Shown here piece after piece: positions 50,052 to 60,314 of a DNA stretch of 64,000 bases (its first letter is position 1; each line of letters starts with the position of its first letter). Origin of the DNA: a virus (lineage: Duplodnaviria; Caudoviricetes); IMG/VR virus record IMGVR_UViG_3300028591_000083, positions 128,001-192,000 of that record; one strand, given 5' to 3'. The notes beneath the pieces are model-generated. The model worked only from the letters and a program-made list of their open reading frames with translations, made no database searches and was not told where the DNA came from. The position numbers were made by a program, and so were the translations under genes.

Positions 50052-50569
50052 TGAAACTCACTCCTATCTTTATTCGGTGCAGAACGCTCCATCTCAAATG
50101 ATTGCATTCTCCTTGTCATGATCTTCTTAGCCGACTGCAAAAGTTCAATAGCAATCGTTACTTTTTGTTTAATAACATCATACGCTTTATTATATACAAT
50201 AGAAATAAGAATTTCATCTGCTAACTTATTTTCTGCGTATGCTTTTCTGATAGGTCCTGCTCCGTCAGCTTCCATATAGAAATCATTGAACTGAGTTTTG
50301 AATGCCGTTTCAGCAATATCACTTCTGATTCCAATGTGTTCCTGTGCGTCACCGACATAATAAAGTAATGCCGGAAGTGTCATGATGATATCATCTAATT
50401 CTGCATCGGTGACTTCATAAGAATTGTCAGCAATAATATCGGACACATATTTTACATATTTATCTAACTTATCACAACAATCTGAAACAATAGAACCTAC
50501 GATGCTTTCAATATACGTTGCATCTTCTTCTGTCTGTTTCTTTAAGAATTCTAACTTATACTTATTCAT
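50048..50569 (-). CDS. possible UvsY-like recombination mediator
   Basis: helical protein directly upstream of recA; context-based. Confidence 0.35.
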   Translation of the reverse strand: MNKYKLEFLKKQTEEDATYIESIVGSIVSDCCDKLDKYVKYVSDIIADNSYEVTDAELDDIIMTLPALLYYVGDAQEHIGIRSDIAETAFKTQFNDFYMEADGAGPIRKAYAENKLADEILISIVYNKAYDVIKQKVTIAIELLQSAKKIMTRRMQSFEMERSAPNKDRSEFQ

Positions 50570-51084
50570 TTACTATTCACCTCGCCCCACATCAAGTCCG
50601 ATTCTTTATGAAGATTTGATAAAGCCATATCTCCAAAGTAATCAAACAAAACCTTCTTTTTTCTTCCATCTAAAATAAAGTGTCTAACACTGTTCTCACC
50701 AGTAATATCAGAAATATTCAGCGATTTTGCACCAGATTTTCTATGTTCCCATAAGTCTTTGATATTTACAAAAACTGTAAGATCATAATCAATAAACCAA
50801 ACACAAACACCTGCTACACATCTATATAACTTACTCTTTTCGTACATACCTTCCCACTGATTCTTTGTTATTGCTCCGGCATAGTTTAGAGTATTTCCAT
50901 ATAAACACTTGCACTCTAAATAAAACATATCAGGAGAACTAAACATAGAGAAGTCACAAATATTTCTTACACCTGAATATCCTGCCATCGGGTCAGGAAG
51001 CCTATCAAACGAAACATTCTTTAACTTTTCAAATGCTTTTCTGATAGCTCCTTCAAAATCCTTACCTCTGTTTACAGCTCTCAT
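50566..51084 (-). CDS. recU: RecU-like Holliday junction resolvase
   Basis: NRGKDFE, CDF, LECK, I..NQ. Confidence 0.8.
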   Translation of the reverse strand: MRAVNRGKDFEGAIRKAFEKLKNVSFDRLPDPMAGYSGVRNICDFSMFSSPDMFYLECKCLYGNTLNYAGAITKNQWEGMYEKSKLYRCVAGVCVWFIDYDLTVFVNIKDLWEHRKSGAKSLNISDITGENSVRHFILDGRKKKVLFDYFGDMALSNLHKESDLMWGEVNSK

Positions 51085-52043
51085 GATTTATCCACCTTAC
51101 ACTGTGTTCTGTATTCACAATATTGACATACTTTTGGATTTACTTCATTCTTAGGTGGAACAATCTTATTTTTTACATAAGATTCACAACAATCAATTCT
51201 GTTCTCAATGTATCGCTTATTCTCATCCGTGACATGAAGAATATAGCTTTTCTTCGTACATAGATCACGATTTTCATATAAGAACAATACATCTTCAATT
51301 CCGAATTCAAGCGCATACGTATACGCTTGATGTCTGTGAACATCCGCAATATATTGTCGTTCACCAAATTTGTATGAAGATTCTGTCTTACACTCAAAGA
51401 CATACATTTTTCCACGGTATTTTAATAGTCCATCACACAGAAATACAAGATTCAGATTAGGATCAAATACCTTTGTTTCAAATTCTTCTTTTTCAAGAAC
51501 TTCAAGCGGAAGATTGTTTTCTTTGATGTATGTTTCAACATCAATGTATTCACAATCAACTCCGTACTCTTTCATTTGACACAAAACATTCTGGATTCTT
51601 TTATGTCTGTCTGTTCCTGACTCGCAGATACCATAAAATTCACTTGTTTTGTCTGACTGCTTATCTAAATTTGCACCAATGATTTGATAATACATTTGTC
51701 GTGTGCAGTTCATTGATGACGGCTTATAATGCTGTGACGGCTTACCGTCATAATATTCAACAATGTAATATTCCTGATCGTTGGTATGATATACAACTCC
51801 TGTTTTAGAATACAGCATTGATTCATCACAGGTTTCCGGCAGTACATCTAGGCATACAACATTTACTTGTTTTCCTGAGTTGTTTATACTAGATAACTCA
51901 ATCTTCTTAAAAAAACATTTTGCTGTACGCTCGTTCATTTTTCGTAACGTATAGTCAAAATCTCGCAAAAAGGATACCTCGATTGGGGTATCCTTTTCAC
52001 TTACCATTCGACTAATGTTAAATAACGACTTAGCCTTTGGCAT
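51081..52043 (-). CDS. Cas4-like PD-(D/E)xK exonuclease
   Basis: PSS..C.RQ.YY, GTDRH, CDGL, FECKT, HQAYTY, CQYCEY...C. Confidence 0.8.
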   Translation of the reverse strand: MPKAKSLFNISRMVSEKDTPIEVSFLRDFDYTLRKMNERTAKCFFKKIELSSINNSGKQVNVVCLDVLPETCDESMLYSKTGVVYHTNDQEYYIVEYYDGKPSQHYKPSSMNCTRQMYYQIIGANLDKQSDKTSEFYGICESGTDRHKRIQNVLCQMKEYGVDCEYIDVETYIKENNLPLEVLEKEEFETKVFDPNLNLVFLCDGLLKYRGKMYVFECKTESSYKFGERQYIADVHRHQAYTYALEFGIEDVLFLYENRDLCTKKSYILHVTDENKRYIENRIDCCESYVKNKIVPPKNEVNPKVCQYCEYRTQCKVDKS

Positions 52044-52054
52044 AAATATTCTCC

Positions 52055-53170
52055 TTATTCATCTTCATCATCAAATCTTGGATCATTCAAAAGTCCAATG
52101 ACCTGTGTAATACTTCCGTCTTTTACTGTGATAGTTGACGGATTTCCATAGTAAATATGAACAGATTCACCAGAACGTGCAACCAACTGCTTTCTGATTG
52201 CATTCGTATCAATGCAGCAAGTATAATCCTTGAAATTATTACTACCCTGATACGAAATAGTCTCAATAGCATCAGAATTCATTGATTCAAGTTTAACACC
52301 ATCTTTTGTGAAAGTCATGTAAATTCCGTCAAGCTCAGATGGTCTTTTATCCTTCTTATCAATGAACAGAGACAGTCTATCTACCGCACTGATAATATGA
52401 GATTTTGGAAGAACACAGTCTGAAGGATATTCGGCAGAACAGTAATCCTTAATTCTGTCAACAGGATATGCACCATCATCACTAACTGTTACAGAGAACA
52501 ACTTTACGGTATCTGTTTCAAACAGAATGTTATTCTCATACATCTTAACATAGATTTCTTCTTCGTTTACCATACTGAGAAGATCGAATACAGATGGAGC
52601 AATCAATGTTCTAGTTCCGAAAGTCTCAACATCGTTTTCACAGATATTGTATTCATCACCGGAAATAACACAATCATCGGCACACATATATCGTGTGAGA
52701 TACGGCTTCTCCAAAGATGTGGAAAGACAAGGCTTATTGTATTTAACAATACTCTTGATAACAGCGGTCTTGATTGTGCATTCATTATCAGGACTATTGA
52801 TCTCATGTTCCGGATACTGAATTTCAGAACCATCAACATCAACCTGAATCGGAATCTTATATGTTCCGTTACCGATAATTGAAATAGAATCAGATGTAAG
52901 AGAAATCCTTACTGATTCAGAAGTTGTTTTTGAAACCAGTTTACTGAACCTGTCAACGTCCACAGTGAAGGACATATTATCGCCTGAAACATCATTTTTT
53001 CTCACAGTCCAATAATTATCTCCGTCTGTTGTTGTAAGACTGAGAACATTGTCTTTCAGCTCAACGTGCATAAAACAAGTAATCACGCTATAAGGCAGAT
53101 TTCCTGCGCCTTTTACTGAGCGTGAAACAAGATTTTGTAGTTCTTTAATATTGATAACAAACTGACTCAT
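52055..53170 (-). CDS. dnaN: DNA sliding clamp (Pol III beta-like)
   Basis: 371 aa; LSLTTTD, F.KLVSK, YP motifs, AVDRLSLF; clamp loader in same window. Confidence 0.8.
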   Translation of the reverse strand: MSQFVINIKELQNLVSRSVKGAGNLPYSVITCFMHVELKDNVLSLTTTDGDNYWTVRKNDVSGDNMSFTVDVDRFSKLVSKTTSESVRISLTSDSISIIGNGTYKIPIQVDVDGSEIQYPEHEINSPDNECTIKTAVIKSIVKYNKPCLSTSLEKPYLTRYMCADDCVISGDEYNICENDVETFGTRTLIAPSVFDLLSMVNEEEIYVKMYENNILFETDTVKLFSVTVSDDGAYPVDRIKDYCSAEYPSDCVLPKSHIISAVDRLSLFIDKKDKRPSELDGIYMTFTKDGVKLESMNSDAIETISYQGSNNFKDYTCCIDTNAIRKQLVARSGESVHIYYGNPSTITVKDGSITQVIGLLNDPRFDDEDE

Positions 53171-53207
53171 GGTGTATTATACCTCCATAAAACCAAACTT
53201 CATATTT

Positions 53208-53239
53208 ACATCATAGCACAAAACATGAAAAATGTCAAG
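53208..53239 (-). promoter_or_regulatory. sigmaA-type promoter
   Basis: TTGACA-N17-TATGAT. Confidence 0.7.
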
Positions 53240-53252
53240 ATGGATTTTGAAA

Positions 53253-55628
53253 TTAGTCATCATCTTCATCTTCATCATCCTCAAGTTCTGCTTCGTCTAA
53301 GTCTTTGCCATACCAACTCTTGAATAGCTCAGTATCGCATTTCAGCGGAACACAAAGATCTTTTCCGGCATGAATCATACAATAACTCATTAACTCAGCA
53401 CATCTCTTTGCATTCTTAATAGGGCATTCGGCAATGATTTCATCATGTACCGGAATCAGCATTCTAAATCCTAATTCTTTGAGTTCTTCATTATTGAATA
53501 ATTCTATCTGAGCTTTCTTCGTAAGTTCAGCGGCAGTTCCCTGTACTACTGAATTAACGCACTTTCTCTTAGCCTTACGGATGAAAGCTGTATTGTCCTT
53601 AATCTTGAATCCCTGATTCTTAATCCGTTCCTTCATTTCCTCTCGCTTCTTATAGCCATAACAATTTAACAATTTGTTTGTTAAATCTCTTACAACACTT
53701 TCAGGAACTTCTGAGGATTGTGAAGCATCTGGATTAAGTGGGTCAAAATCTGGATTGTAGCCATCCTTATATTCAAACTCATAGTAAGGAAGTTGCATAT
53801 CCGGCAACTGTCGTCTGTGTCCCCACAGTGTTTCAGCATATCCGTTCTCTCTTGCTTGATCTTCGCAATAATCAATAAAACTTGCTAAACCATCAAACTT
53901 TGAAAGAACTTTGTCATAAATAGTTTGTGCTTCTTTTACTGTCTTACCAAGTTGTTCTGCTATTGATGGTATTCCTCTGCCATATAAAATTCCCAATACG
54001 ATTTTTTTGCTTTCACTTCGTCTTTTCTTGCCATCCGGATTAGTTGTTCCATCCGGTCTAAACTCGCAACAATCTTCATATGTCGTGTTAAATGACACAG
54101 CAGCTATCTCAGAATAAACATCTTTATCATCCTGATATGCCTTTATCATTTTTTGATCGTTACTTAAATGTGCTGTAACTCTAACTTCCTGTCCGGAATA
54201 GTCACAAGACATTAAAGTATATCCTTTTGTTGCTGTGAAGAGCTGTCTGATATCATGTCCTGAATCAATTACAGTTCCATCACTCAGTACAAATGGTTGT
54301 GACGGGATTTGTTGCAAGTTTGGAGAATTTGAAGAAATACGTGATGTTGCTGCTCCATACTGGTTATACTTACCATGAATACGCTTATCTGGATATTGTT
54401 TTGCAATATCTGGAAGTGTATCAATGAAAGCACGAATAACCTTAAAGAACGCCTTATAGTCAAGAAGTGCTTTACAGAATGGATGATCTATCTGTTTAAG
54501 AATATTTTTGTCTGTTCCTCTAGGCTTCTTTGGATCAACAACAGGCAAATTAAGAATATCATATAGAATAATTGCTAACTGCTGAGAACTATTAAAATTC
54601 ACTGGATCTGTTAGCACACAATTCGGATGTGTTCTTTTGTAATCTTCTACAAGATGAAGATACGGTTTGAACACATTTCTAAGGTTTTCTTCCATCTTGT
54701 CAGAAAGATCATGATACTTCTTTTGCAACTTTTCTGCATATTCAAAATCACACGTAACGCCTGTCTGCTCCATTGAAATAAATGTTGGCATTGATTTCAT
54801 TTCAATATTAAAGAAAGCGTTTGATAATTTCTGCATATGCTTTGATTCGTAATAAATTCCAGTTGGTTCAAGATACTGCGCCTGAAATTCATACAATTCA
54901 TGAGTATAGATAGCATCAGATGCGGCATAAAGATACGCTGTTGTTATCGGGATAAGATTGAATGGAATATTGTCAAACAATTTTCCAAATGTCAATGCTT
55001 CTCCGCGATTTCCCCAACAATACTTCTTATGCAATGCTTTCAACGATTTCTGACCTCTAGGCTCTTCGCTGTTTAAGCACATTGCCGCAACAGACGTATC
55101 AAAGTATGGAGTAAACCAAACATTGATATGATTTCCTAAGAAACGAATATCGAATGGGGCATTAAACCATACTGTCTTTGTATTTGCATCAACTAACTTT
55201 TGAAAATACTTTGTTAAAATTTCAACAGGAAGTTGATCTTTACATTTAACATTGGTTATATAGCTCACATGGTTTACAGGAATATATGCTGGTTTCATTG
55301 TTGGCGTATATATACAAATACCTACAAGTTGATCTATGATTGGATCAAGACCTGTAGTTTCTGTATCTATACTGATTATTCCGTTTTCTATACATTTATC
55401 AATGTATGCTGATAAATCTTCTTCTTTCTGAATAAGTTGCAGTTCATCCTCTTTACCTTCAAATTTTGACTTCACAAGGGAAATAATAGCTTGTATTCGG
55501 TCAAGTAGCTTTCCACTGCCTTTTAGTTGTACGGCAGTGGAAGACTTGACTGGTTTTGAGGATGATTTGGCTAATCTTTTGTCTCGTTCCTTACTTGAAC
55601 GTGAGGAATCTAAGCCAAAAAATCCCAT
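53253..55628 (-). CDS. polA: family A DNA polymerase with 3'-5' exonuclease
   Basis: IDTETTGL, NAPFD, YAASDA, RISS.SPNLQQIP, CDYSGQEVR, R...K....GILYG, VQGTAA, VHDE. Confidence 0.95.
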   Translation of the reverse strand: MGFFGLDSSRSSKERDKRLAKSSSKPVKSSTAVQLKGSGKLLDRIQAIISLVKSKFEGKEDELQLIQKEEDLSAYIDKCIENGIISIDTETTGLDPIIDQLVGICIYTPTMKPAYIPVNHVSYITNVKCKDQLPVEILTKYFQKLVDANTKTVWFNAPFDIRFLGNHINVWFTPYFDTSVAAMCLNSEEPRGQKSLKALHKKYCWGNRGEALTFGKLFDNIPFNLIPITTAYLYAASDAIYTHELYEFQAQYLEPTGIYYESKHMQKLSNAFFNIEMKSMPTFISMEQTGVTCDFEYAEKLQKKYHDLSDKMEENLRNVFKPYLHLVEDYKRTHPNCVLTDPVNFNSSQQLAIILYDILNLPVVDPKKPRGTDKNILKQIDHPFCKALLDYKAFFKVIRAFIDTLPDIAKQYPDKRIHGKYNQYGAATSRISSNSPNLQQIPSQPFVLSDGTVIDSGHDIRQLFTATKGYTLMSCDYSGQEVRVTAHLSNDQKMIKAYQDDKDVYSEIAAVSFNTTYEDCCEFRPDGTTNPDGKKRRSESKKIVLGILYGRGIPSIAEQLGKTVKEAQTIYDKVLSKFDGLASFIDYCEDQARENGYAETLWGHRRQLPDMQLPYYEFEYKDGYNPDFDPLNPDASQSSEVPESVVRDLTNKLLNCYGYKKREEMKERIKNQGFKIKDNTAFIRKAKRKCVNSVVQGTAAELTKKAQIELFNNEELKELGFRMLIPVHDEIIAECPIKNAKRCAELMSYCMIHAGKDLCVPLKCDTELFKSWYGKDLDEAELEDDEDEDDD

Positions 55629-55647
55629 ATAAAATCACCTCAAACCA

Positions 55648-56319
55648 TTATGAAATATCAGGGCGAGTTGTTCCCCTTCTTCTTGGTACATCCTCAGAGC
55701 GATCTCTGCGGCGAACTCCATCATTTTCTGTATCAGAGGACGGATTAAATGTTCTGTTCTCGACAAAGTTCTTCATCTCATCAAATGTTAGTTTAAGAAG
55801 CATACCGTTCTCAGGTGTCGGCATATCGACTTCTTCAAGCAGATCTTCAAGAGTGGTATCATCAGTACCATCATGAATGATCTCATAAGTGGTGTTTTCA
55901 TCACCGGCAGCACCATTACGCTCAATGATGAAAGTGTTAGAACAGAACGGAGAACCTTTTTCTACCATAAGAGTTGAAAGCTGTTTATACATCTTCTTTC
56001 CGCGATCCCAGATAACAGCTTCTTCATCATCTACCTTATACATTGGAATGTAGAACTTTGTAATTGTCTTTCTGTCTGCCATGTTTGGAGATGAACAACA
56101 CGGACAAGTTTCAAGCGGATCACCGTACTCTCTGAGGCAGTCAACAGAACGATAATTGCCGTACTTGTCTTTAACTCTGTGTACGCAGTAACCTTCAACA
56201 TCATCAAGAGAGTTATACATGAAGCGAACACGACAAGTATCTCCGTCATTCTTTAGTGAGAAATAACCGGATGACTCATTGGAATAATTCTGTAGGTCTT
56301 GCTGTGCATTGAATTTCAT
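55648..56319 (-). CDS. single-stranded DNA-binding protein (gp32-like)
   Basis: YFSLKNDGD..RVRF, H...C...CP.C zinc site, IERNG....TTY. Confidence 0.75.
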   Translation of the reverse strand: MKFNAQQDLQNYSNESSGYFSLKNDGDTCRVRFMYNSLDDVEGYCVHRVKDKYGNYRSVDCLREYGDPLETCPCCSSPNMADRKTITKFYIPMYKVDDEEAVIWDRGKKMYKQLSTLMVEKGSPFCSNTFIIERNGAAGDENTTYEIIHDGTDDTTLEDLLEEVDMPTPENGMLLKLTFDEMKNFVENRTFNPSSDTENDGVRRRDRSEDVPRRRGTTRPDIS

Positions 56320-56404
56320 AAGGCAACTTCCTTTCGCGTTATAAAAATATTATATAAACAGCAAAAGCTGTATATACCGATAAAATAAACAAAAGGCTCA
56401 CAGA

Positions 56405-56725
56405 TTATTTCACTGTGAGCCTTGTGGTCATTGTACGCTTTGCGATCTTATCAAAGAGTTCCTGTGACACAATGCTTTTTACATCAGATGCCGAAACACT
56501 TTCTTTTACATACTTGGAAAGCGTTGCCTTATGACACCCAACAATGATTTCATTAGAACCGCTGTTCTCAATAGCTTCCTTGATCTTTGCATCAAGTTCT
56601 TCTACAATCCGCTTGGCTTCGTCAATCATATTCTTGTATTCCTGACGCTGCTCAATGATTGCAAGCAGTTCTGCATCGTTCACAGTTACGATTTCTTTAG
56701 TTTCAGTATTTTTCTTTGTAGCCAT
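56405..56725 (-). CDS. coiled-coil hypothetical protein
   Basis: strong RBS, A/C-rich leader; resembles 62844..63260. Confidence 0.6.
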   Translation of the reverse strand: MATKKNTETKEIVTVNDAELLAIIEQRQEYKNMIDEAKRIVEELDAKIKEAIENSGSNEIIVGCHKATLSKYVKESVSASDVKSIVSQELFDKIAKRTMTTRLTVK

Positions 56726-56893
56726 TTTCTTTTCCTCCGTTTTTGTTGTTTTGGGTTTTTGTGTTTTTTGATTCTTTGTTTTTATTGTTCAGCCTACCCA
56801 CCGCCCAATAGGATAGGCTGAACCTTAAGAAAGTGTGTCAAAAAATGAAAACCGCAGATTTTGGATTATTCCTTGCGATATTTCCTTTGACAA

Positions 56894-56927
56894 TTATAGT
56901 ATAGCACATTTTTTGAGATTTGTCAAG
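56894..56927 (-). promoter_or_regulatory. sigmaA-type promoter
   Basis: TTGACA-N17-TATACT. Confidence 0.85.
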
Positions 56928-56948
56928 TGGTTTTTGAAAATTTTTTTT

Positions 56949-57968
56949 TCAAAAAATTTCTTGAAGATTATCGAATTCATCTTTCGATAAATCATTGATA
57001 TCTTTTCCTGTTGGAACAACTAACTCAGATATTAATTTTGAACTTCCTAAATACTTACGTAATTTCTGTCTACCTTTATTTCCGGCAGCATCAGGATCAA
57101 GACCTAATACTATTTTTCTGCAAGGAAGATTCTTTATTTGCTTGTATTGTAAATCTGTCCCTGTTCCATGAAGAGCAACTGCATATTTGCCATACACCCA
57201 ACAAGTGAGACAGTTGAATATAGATTCACATATAATTATCTCTGAGGGAAATGTATCTAATTGTTTTAGCTCGTAAACTCCATATACAGGCTTATCTACT
57301 CCAACAGGAAAACTAAAGAATTTTCCTTCTACTGATCTACGAGCTATAAATAGTACATTTCCTTCTTCGTCTTTAATTGGGAATGTTAGACACGGAATTA
57401 CTTTATCGCCAAACTTTGTTTTCAGCGTGAAATTCTTATCGTATCCAACATCGAACATCTCAATAATATCGTCTGTTAGCTTTCGCTTATACATATATGG
57501 ATGTGTATATCTATATGAATCTAGTTCTTCTTCTGTTATATAATTTTGTTTCTGATCTTCTTTATTTTTCTTGCCGCGAGACATATCTAATTTAATTTCG
57601 GGTCTGTTTTCATACTCAACAGTCAAGAAATTCTTTCTTAGCCACTGAGTACCGAATGCTCCGAAATCATTTCTTCCGAACAGAGCACTTATCATTTCTT
57701 CAAGAGAACCGACATAGCCACAAGTAAAGCAATGCACAGTTCCAGACTTAATCAACTTATCGCCTTTTTTAATGTCTCTTGTTGTGATACCACAAGAGGG
57801 TTTAGATTCTTGACCTCCTTTATGAAAAGGACAAGTTATCTGAATTGTATTTGGAAGAACACGAATATCATGAAGTCTATCAATTCCATTTAGTGCTAGC
57901 TGAGTTCTAAGTTCAACTAGCACTTCTTCTTCATCTGCCAAAATAGGCATTCCCATTACTTCAAACAT
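56949..57968 (-). CDS. dnaG: DNA primase
   Basis: CPFH...HCFTC zinc finger, ICES, TOPRIM DPDAAG, KDIND. Confidence 0.9.
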   Translation of the reverse strand: MFEVMGMPILADEEEVLVELRTQLALNGIDRLHDIRVLPNTIQITCPFHKGGQESKPSCGITTRDIKKGDKLIKSGTVHCFTCGYVGSLEEMISALFGRNDFGAFGTQWLRKNFLTVEYENRPEIKLDMSRGKKNKEDQKQNYITEEELDSYRYTHPYMYKRKLTDDIIEMFDVGYDKNFTLKTKFGDKVIPCLTFPIKDEEGNVLFIARRSVEGKFFSFPVGVDKPVYGVYELKQLDTFPSEIIICESIFNCLTCWVYGKYAVALHGTGTDLQYKQIKNLPCRKIVLGLDPDAAGNKGRQKLRKYLGSSKLISELVVPTGKDINDLSKDEFDNLQEIF

Positions 57969-58241
57969 TTATCCTTCTCCAGCAAAGTCAACAGAAACAT
58001 AAGATGTGTAATTTTCATCGTAAAAAATAACCTTTGGAAAAAGCGCATACATGGATGAGCAGTATTTCAGAAGATTGTATGGCGTTACACCGTCACCAAT
58101 TTTGAATCTGAGTGTAGTATCTGAAATATCTGTTCCAATCTCTTTTTCAATAATCAATTCACGATTCTTAAAAATAAGGTGTCCATTTTCTGAAAGATAT
58201 TCTTTTGTGTAGCATTTCGGCTGTATTCCAATACCGTTCAT
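57969..58241 (-). CDS. small protein with tail-fibre/hyaluronidase N-terminal-type motif
   Basis: E...E.......RFKIGDGVTPYNLL. Confidence 0.55.
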   Translation of the reverse strand: MNGIGIQPKCYTKEYLSENGHLIFKNRELIIEKEIGTDISDTTLRFKIGDGVTPYNLLKYCSSMYALFPKVIFYDENYTSYVSVDFAGEG

Positions 58242-58255
58242 TTACAATCAACTCC

Positions 58256-59566
58256 TTAGAATGGTTCTGATCTTGCTTTTCTGGTAAGCGGCTGCTTATT
58301 CTCTACAAGCTCTCTGCCGTGCGATCTTGTACTTGGTTCTGTTGATTCAGAATATTCATCTGGATTCGCATTGTATGAAAATTCTCCTGTATCAATTTGC
58401 CAATCATAGCACAGCTTTGTTCCTACTTTACAGTTACGCGCTTTAGTTACTTCCATTTTCAATTTGCTGTCTTTCTGTCGGATGGAAAGAACCTTTGACG
58501 CATTGTGTGAAATTCCGTCTGAATCTCTAATGCTTTCAAGTGCCGGAACACTGCCGTCTTCTTCTATTCCATTTCTGTTTGCCTGTACGACTGCAATAAT
58601 CGGAATTTTAAGTTCACAGCTAAGAGACATTAAATCCTCGCTAATATTTGTTAGTGATGTGGTCTTATTGTCTCCTTTATGATATCGTTCATCACTGAGA
58701 TACGTAATACCGTCAATACCAAGAACATCCAACTTATGTTGTAAACAGAACTTTCTTAGTTTTGACACAGTGATTTTTCTGTTGAAGTCTAGCGGTGTTG
58801 CAACTATGAACTTATTTTTTGCGTTTGTTTTCAAATCATCAATGTATTCTTCATAGTTCTCAACGTCTTTACCTGTATACAAAGCAAAGTTTGAAAAATG
58901 TTTATTCAGTGAATCAAATCTGTAACCAACAGATTCTTCACTCATCTCAGGAGAAATGTAACCTACATTTCCACCTATCTTCCAGTTGTGAGTTAAAATC
59001 TTTGCCAGAACCCAAGACTTACCATTATTTGTCCTAGCAACGATTACCATAAATTCTTCGCCTAGTGCTAGACCACCTATAACTTCATCAAGTTCTTTGA
59101 ATCCAGTTGGACGCATCCAAGGCTCATCTGAATCACGCTTAAATTTATATGTTTCAAGTCTAAGGTCTGCTTGTGCAATAATATCGGTACCGCAAGCACC
59201 GCTCATAACCTGAATATTCTGCAACTCTGATCTAAGATAGTCTACTGCGGCAACAGAATCAGATTGTGTTAGCTCTGCTACCTTATTTATAATGGGAACT
59301 AATTTCTGATATTGATATTCTTCCATTAGTTTTTCCAGTAAATAGGAATCACTCTCTGTGACTTCCATTACTGTGAAATCCTCAAATTTATCAAGGAATG
59401 TTTCAATATCAGGAACATTGCCGAACTTTCTATAGTGATTGTATATGAAATCATACTCTGTTGCATATTCGCAAAAGTGTTCAGATTCCAAATCATTGTC
59501 GAACGCAAAATCTAAAGATTTAGCTTTCAGTATCTTGTTCAGAACTTGAAGCTGTATCATCCTCAC
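58256..59566 (-). CDS. dnaB: DnaB-like replicative helicase
   Basis: PTGF.ELD..IGG, ARTNNGKS, SPEM, IDG, QANR, SDGI, KARN. Confidence 0.92.
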   Translation of the reverse strand: MRMIQLQVLNKILKAKSLDFAFDNDLESEHFCEYATEYDFIYNHYRKFGNVPDIETFLDKFEDFTVMEVTESDSYLLEKLMEEYQYQKLVPIINKVAELTQSDSVAAVDYLRSELQNIQVMSGACGTDIIAQADLRLETYKFKRDSDEPWMRPTGFKELDEVIGGLALGEEFMVIVARTNNGKSWVLAKILTHNWKIGGNVGYISPEMSEESVGYRFDSLNKHFSNFALYTGKDVENYEEYIDDLKTNAKNKFIVATPLDFNRKITVSKLRKFCLQHKLDVLGIDGITYLSDERYHKGDNKTTSLTNISEDLMSLSCELKIPIIAVVQANRNGIEEDGSVPALESIRDSDGISHNASKVLSIRQKDSKLKMEVTKARNCKVGTKLCYDWQIDTGEFSYNANPDEYSESTEPSTRSHGRELVENKQPLTRKARSEPF

Positions 59567-60302
59567 TCATCTCCAAACTATTTAAGAATTCTGCATAGGT
59601 GTTTCTCTTTCTCCTGTCCGGACCTGAAACACATAAGCAGTCAGATGAACCGCAAACACGCGATTCAAGTCTATGATCCATTACTCTCAGTTCATTTGGA
59701 GTTAAATTGCTTGTGAAGATATTACATTTCTTAGAGAACATTCTTTCATTGATATAGGAATATAGCCACTGTGATTCATATTGTGTTGGATCTGTCTGCC
59801 CGATATCATCCCAGATAACAACATCACAATTCTGAATCTCACGCAGAAATTCTCTATAATCCTCTGATTTATATGTCATGTTTAGCTTTGCATCTCGTAA
59901 GAAAGACGGAACACTGACATATAGACCTCTTGTGTTATATGCTGTGGTTTCGGCTACCTGTGCAAAGTAGTTGTTCATCAACTTTACTGCCCAGCTCGTT
60001 TTTCCTGTACCCGGTTTTCCGAACAAATACAGATTGAATCCTTTTTTAACAAAGAATTCAATGTCTGCTCGAATGACATCAAGCGAATTGATGACTTCAT
60101 CTGATAGACTTGATGTGTCTAAGTCTTGTGCTTTCCACATACTTTTAGGCAAATTACTCATTTGAAACAGGTAATCTGTCTGCGTGAATTTCTTACAGTG
60201 TGATGTGCAAGCATCAGTTCCATACTTATCACAGAAATTCTTATACCAACAGTTTTGGATATCATCTCTGTGAACATAGCGATCATCTCTCATAGCAAAC
60301 AA
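59520..60302 (-). CDS. DnaC/IstB-like helicase loader
   Basis: GKPGTGKT, IWDDIG, INER, IFTSN, RLESR. Confidence 0.88.
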   Translation of the reverse strand: MFAMRDDRYVHRDDIQNCWYKNFCDKYGTDACTSHCKKFTQTDYLFQMSNLPKSMWKAQDLDTSSLSDEVINSLDVIRADIEFFVKKGFNLYLFGKPGTGKTSWAVKLMNNYFAQVAETTAYNTRGLYVSVPSFLRDAKLNMTYKSEDYREFLREIQNCDVVIWDDIGQTDPTQYESQWLYSYINERMFSKKCNIFTSNLTPNELRVMDHRLESRVCGSSDCLCVSGPDRRKRNTYAEFLNSLEMSEDDTASSSEQDTES

Positions 60303-60314
60303 CCTCCACTAATT

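Noticed and set aside
51081-52043. Cas4-like gene as evidence of CRISPR-Cas
   Set aside because: No repeat-spacer array or other cas genes seen; it sits in the recombination module as a solo exonuclease.
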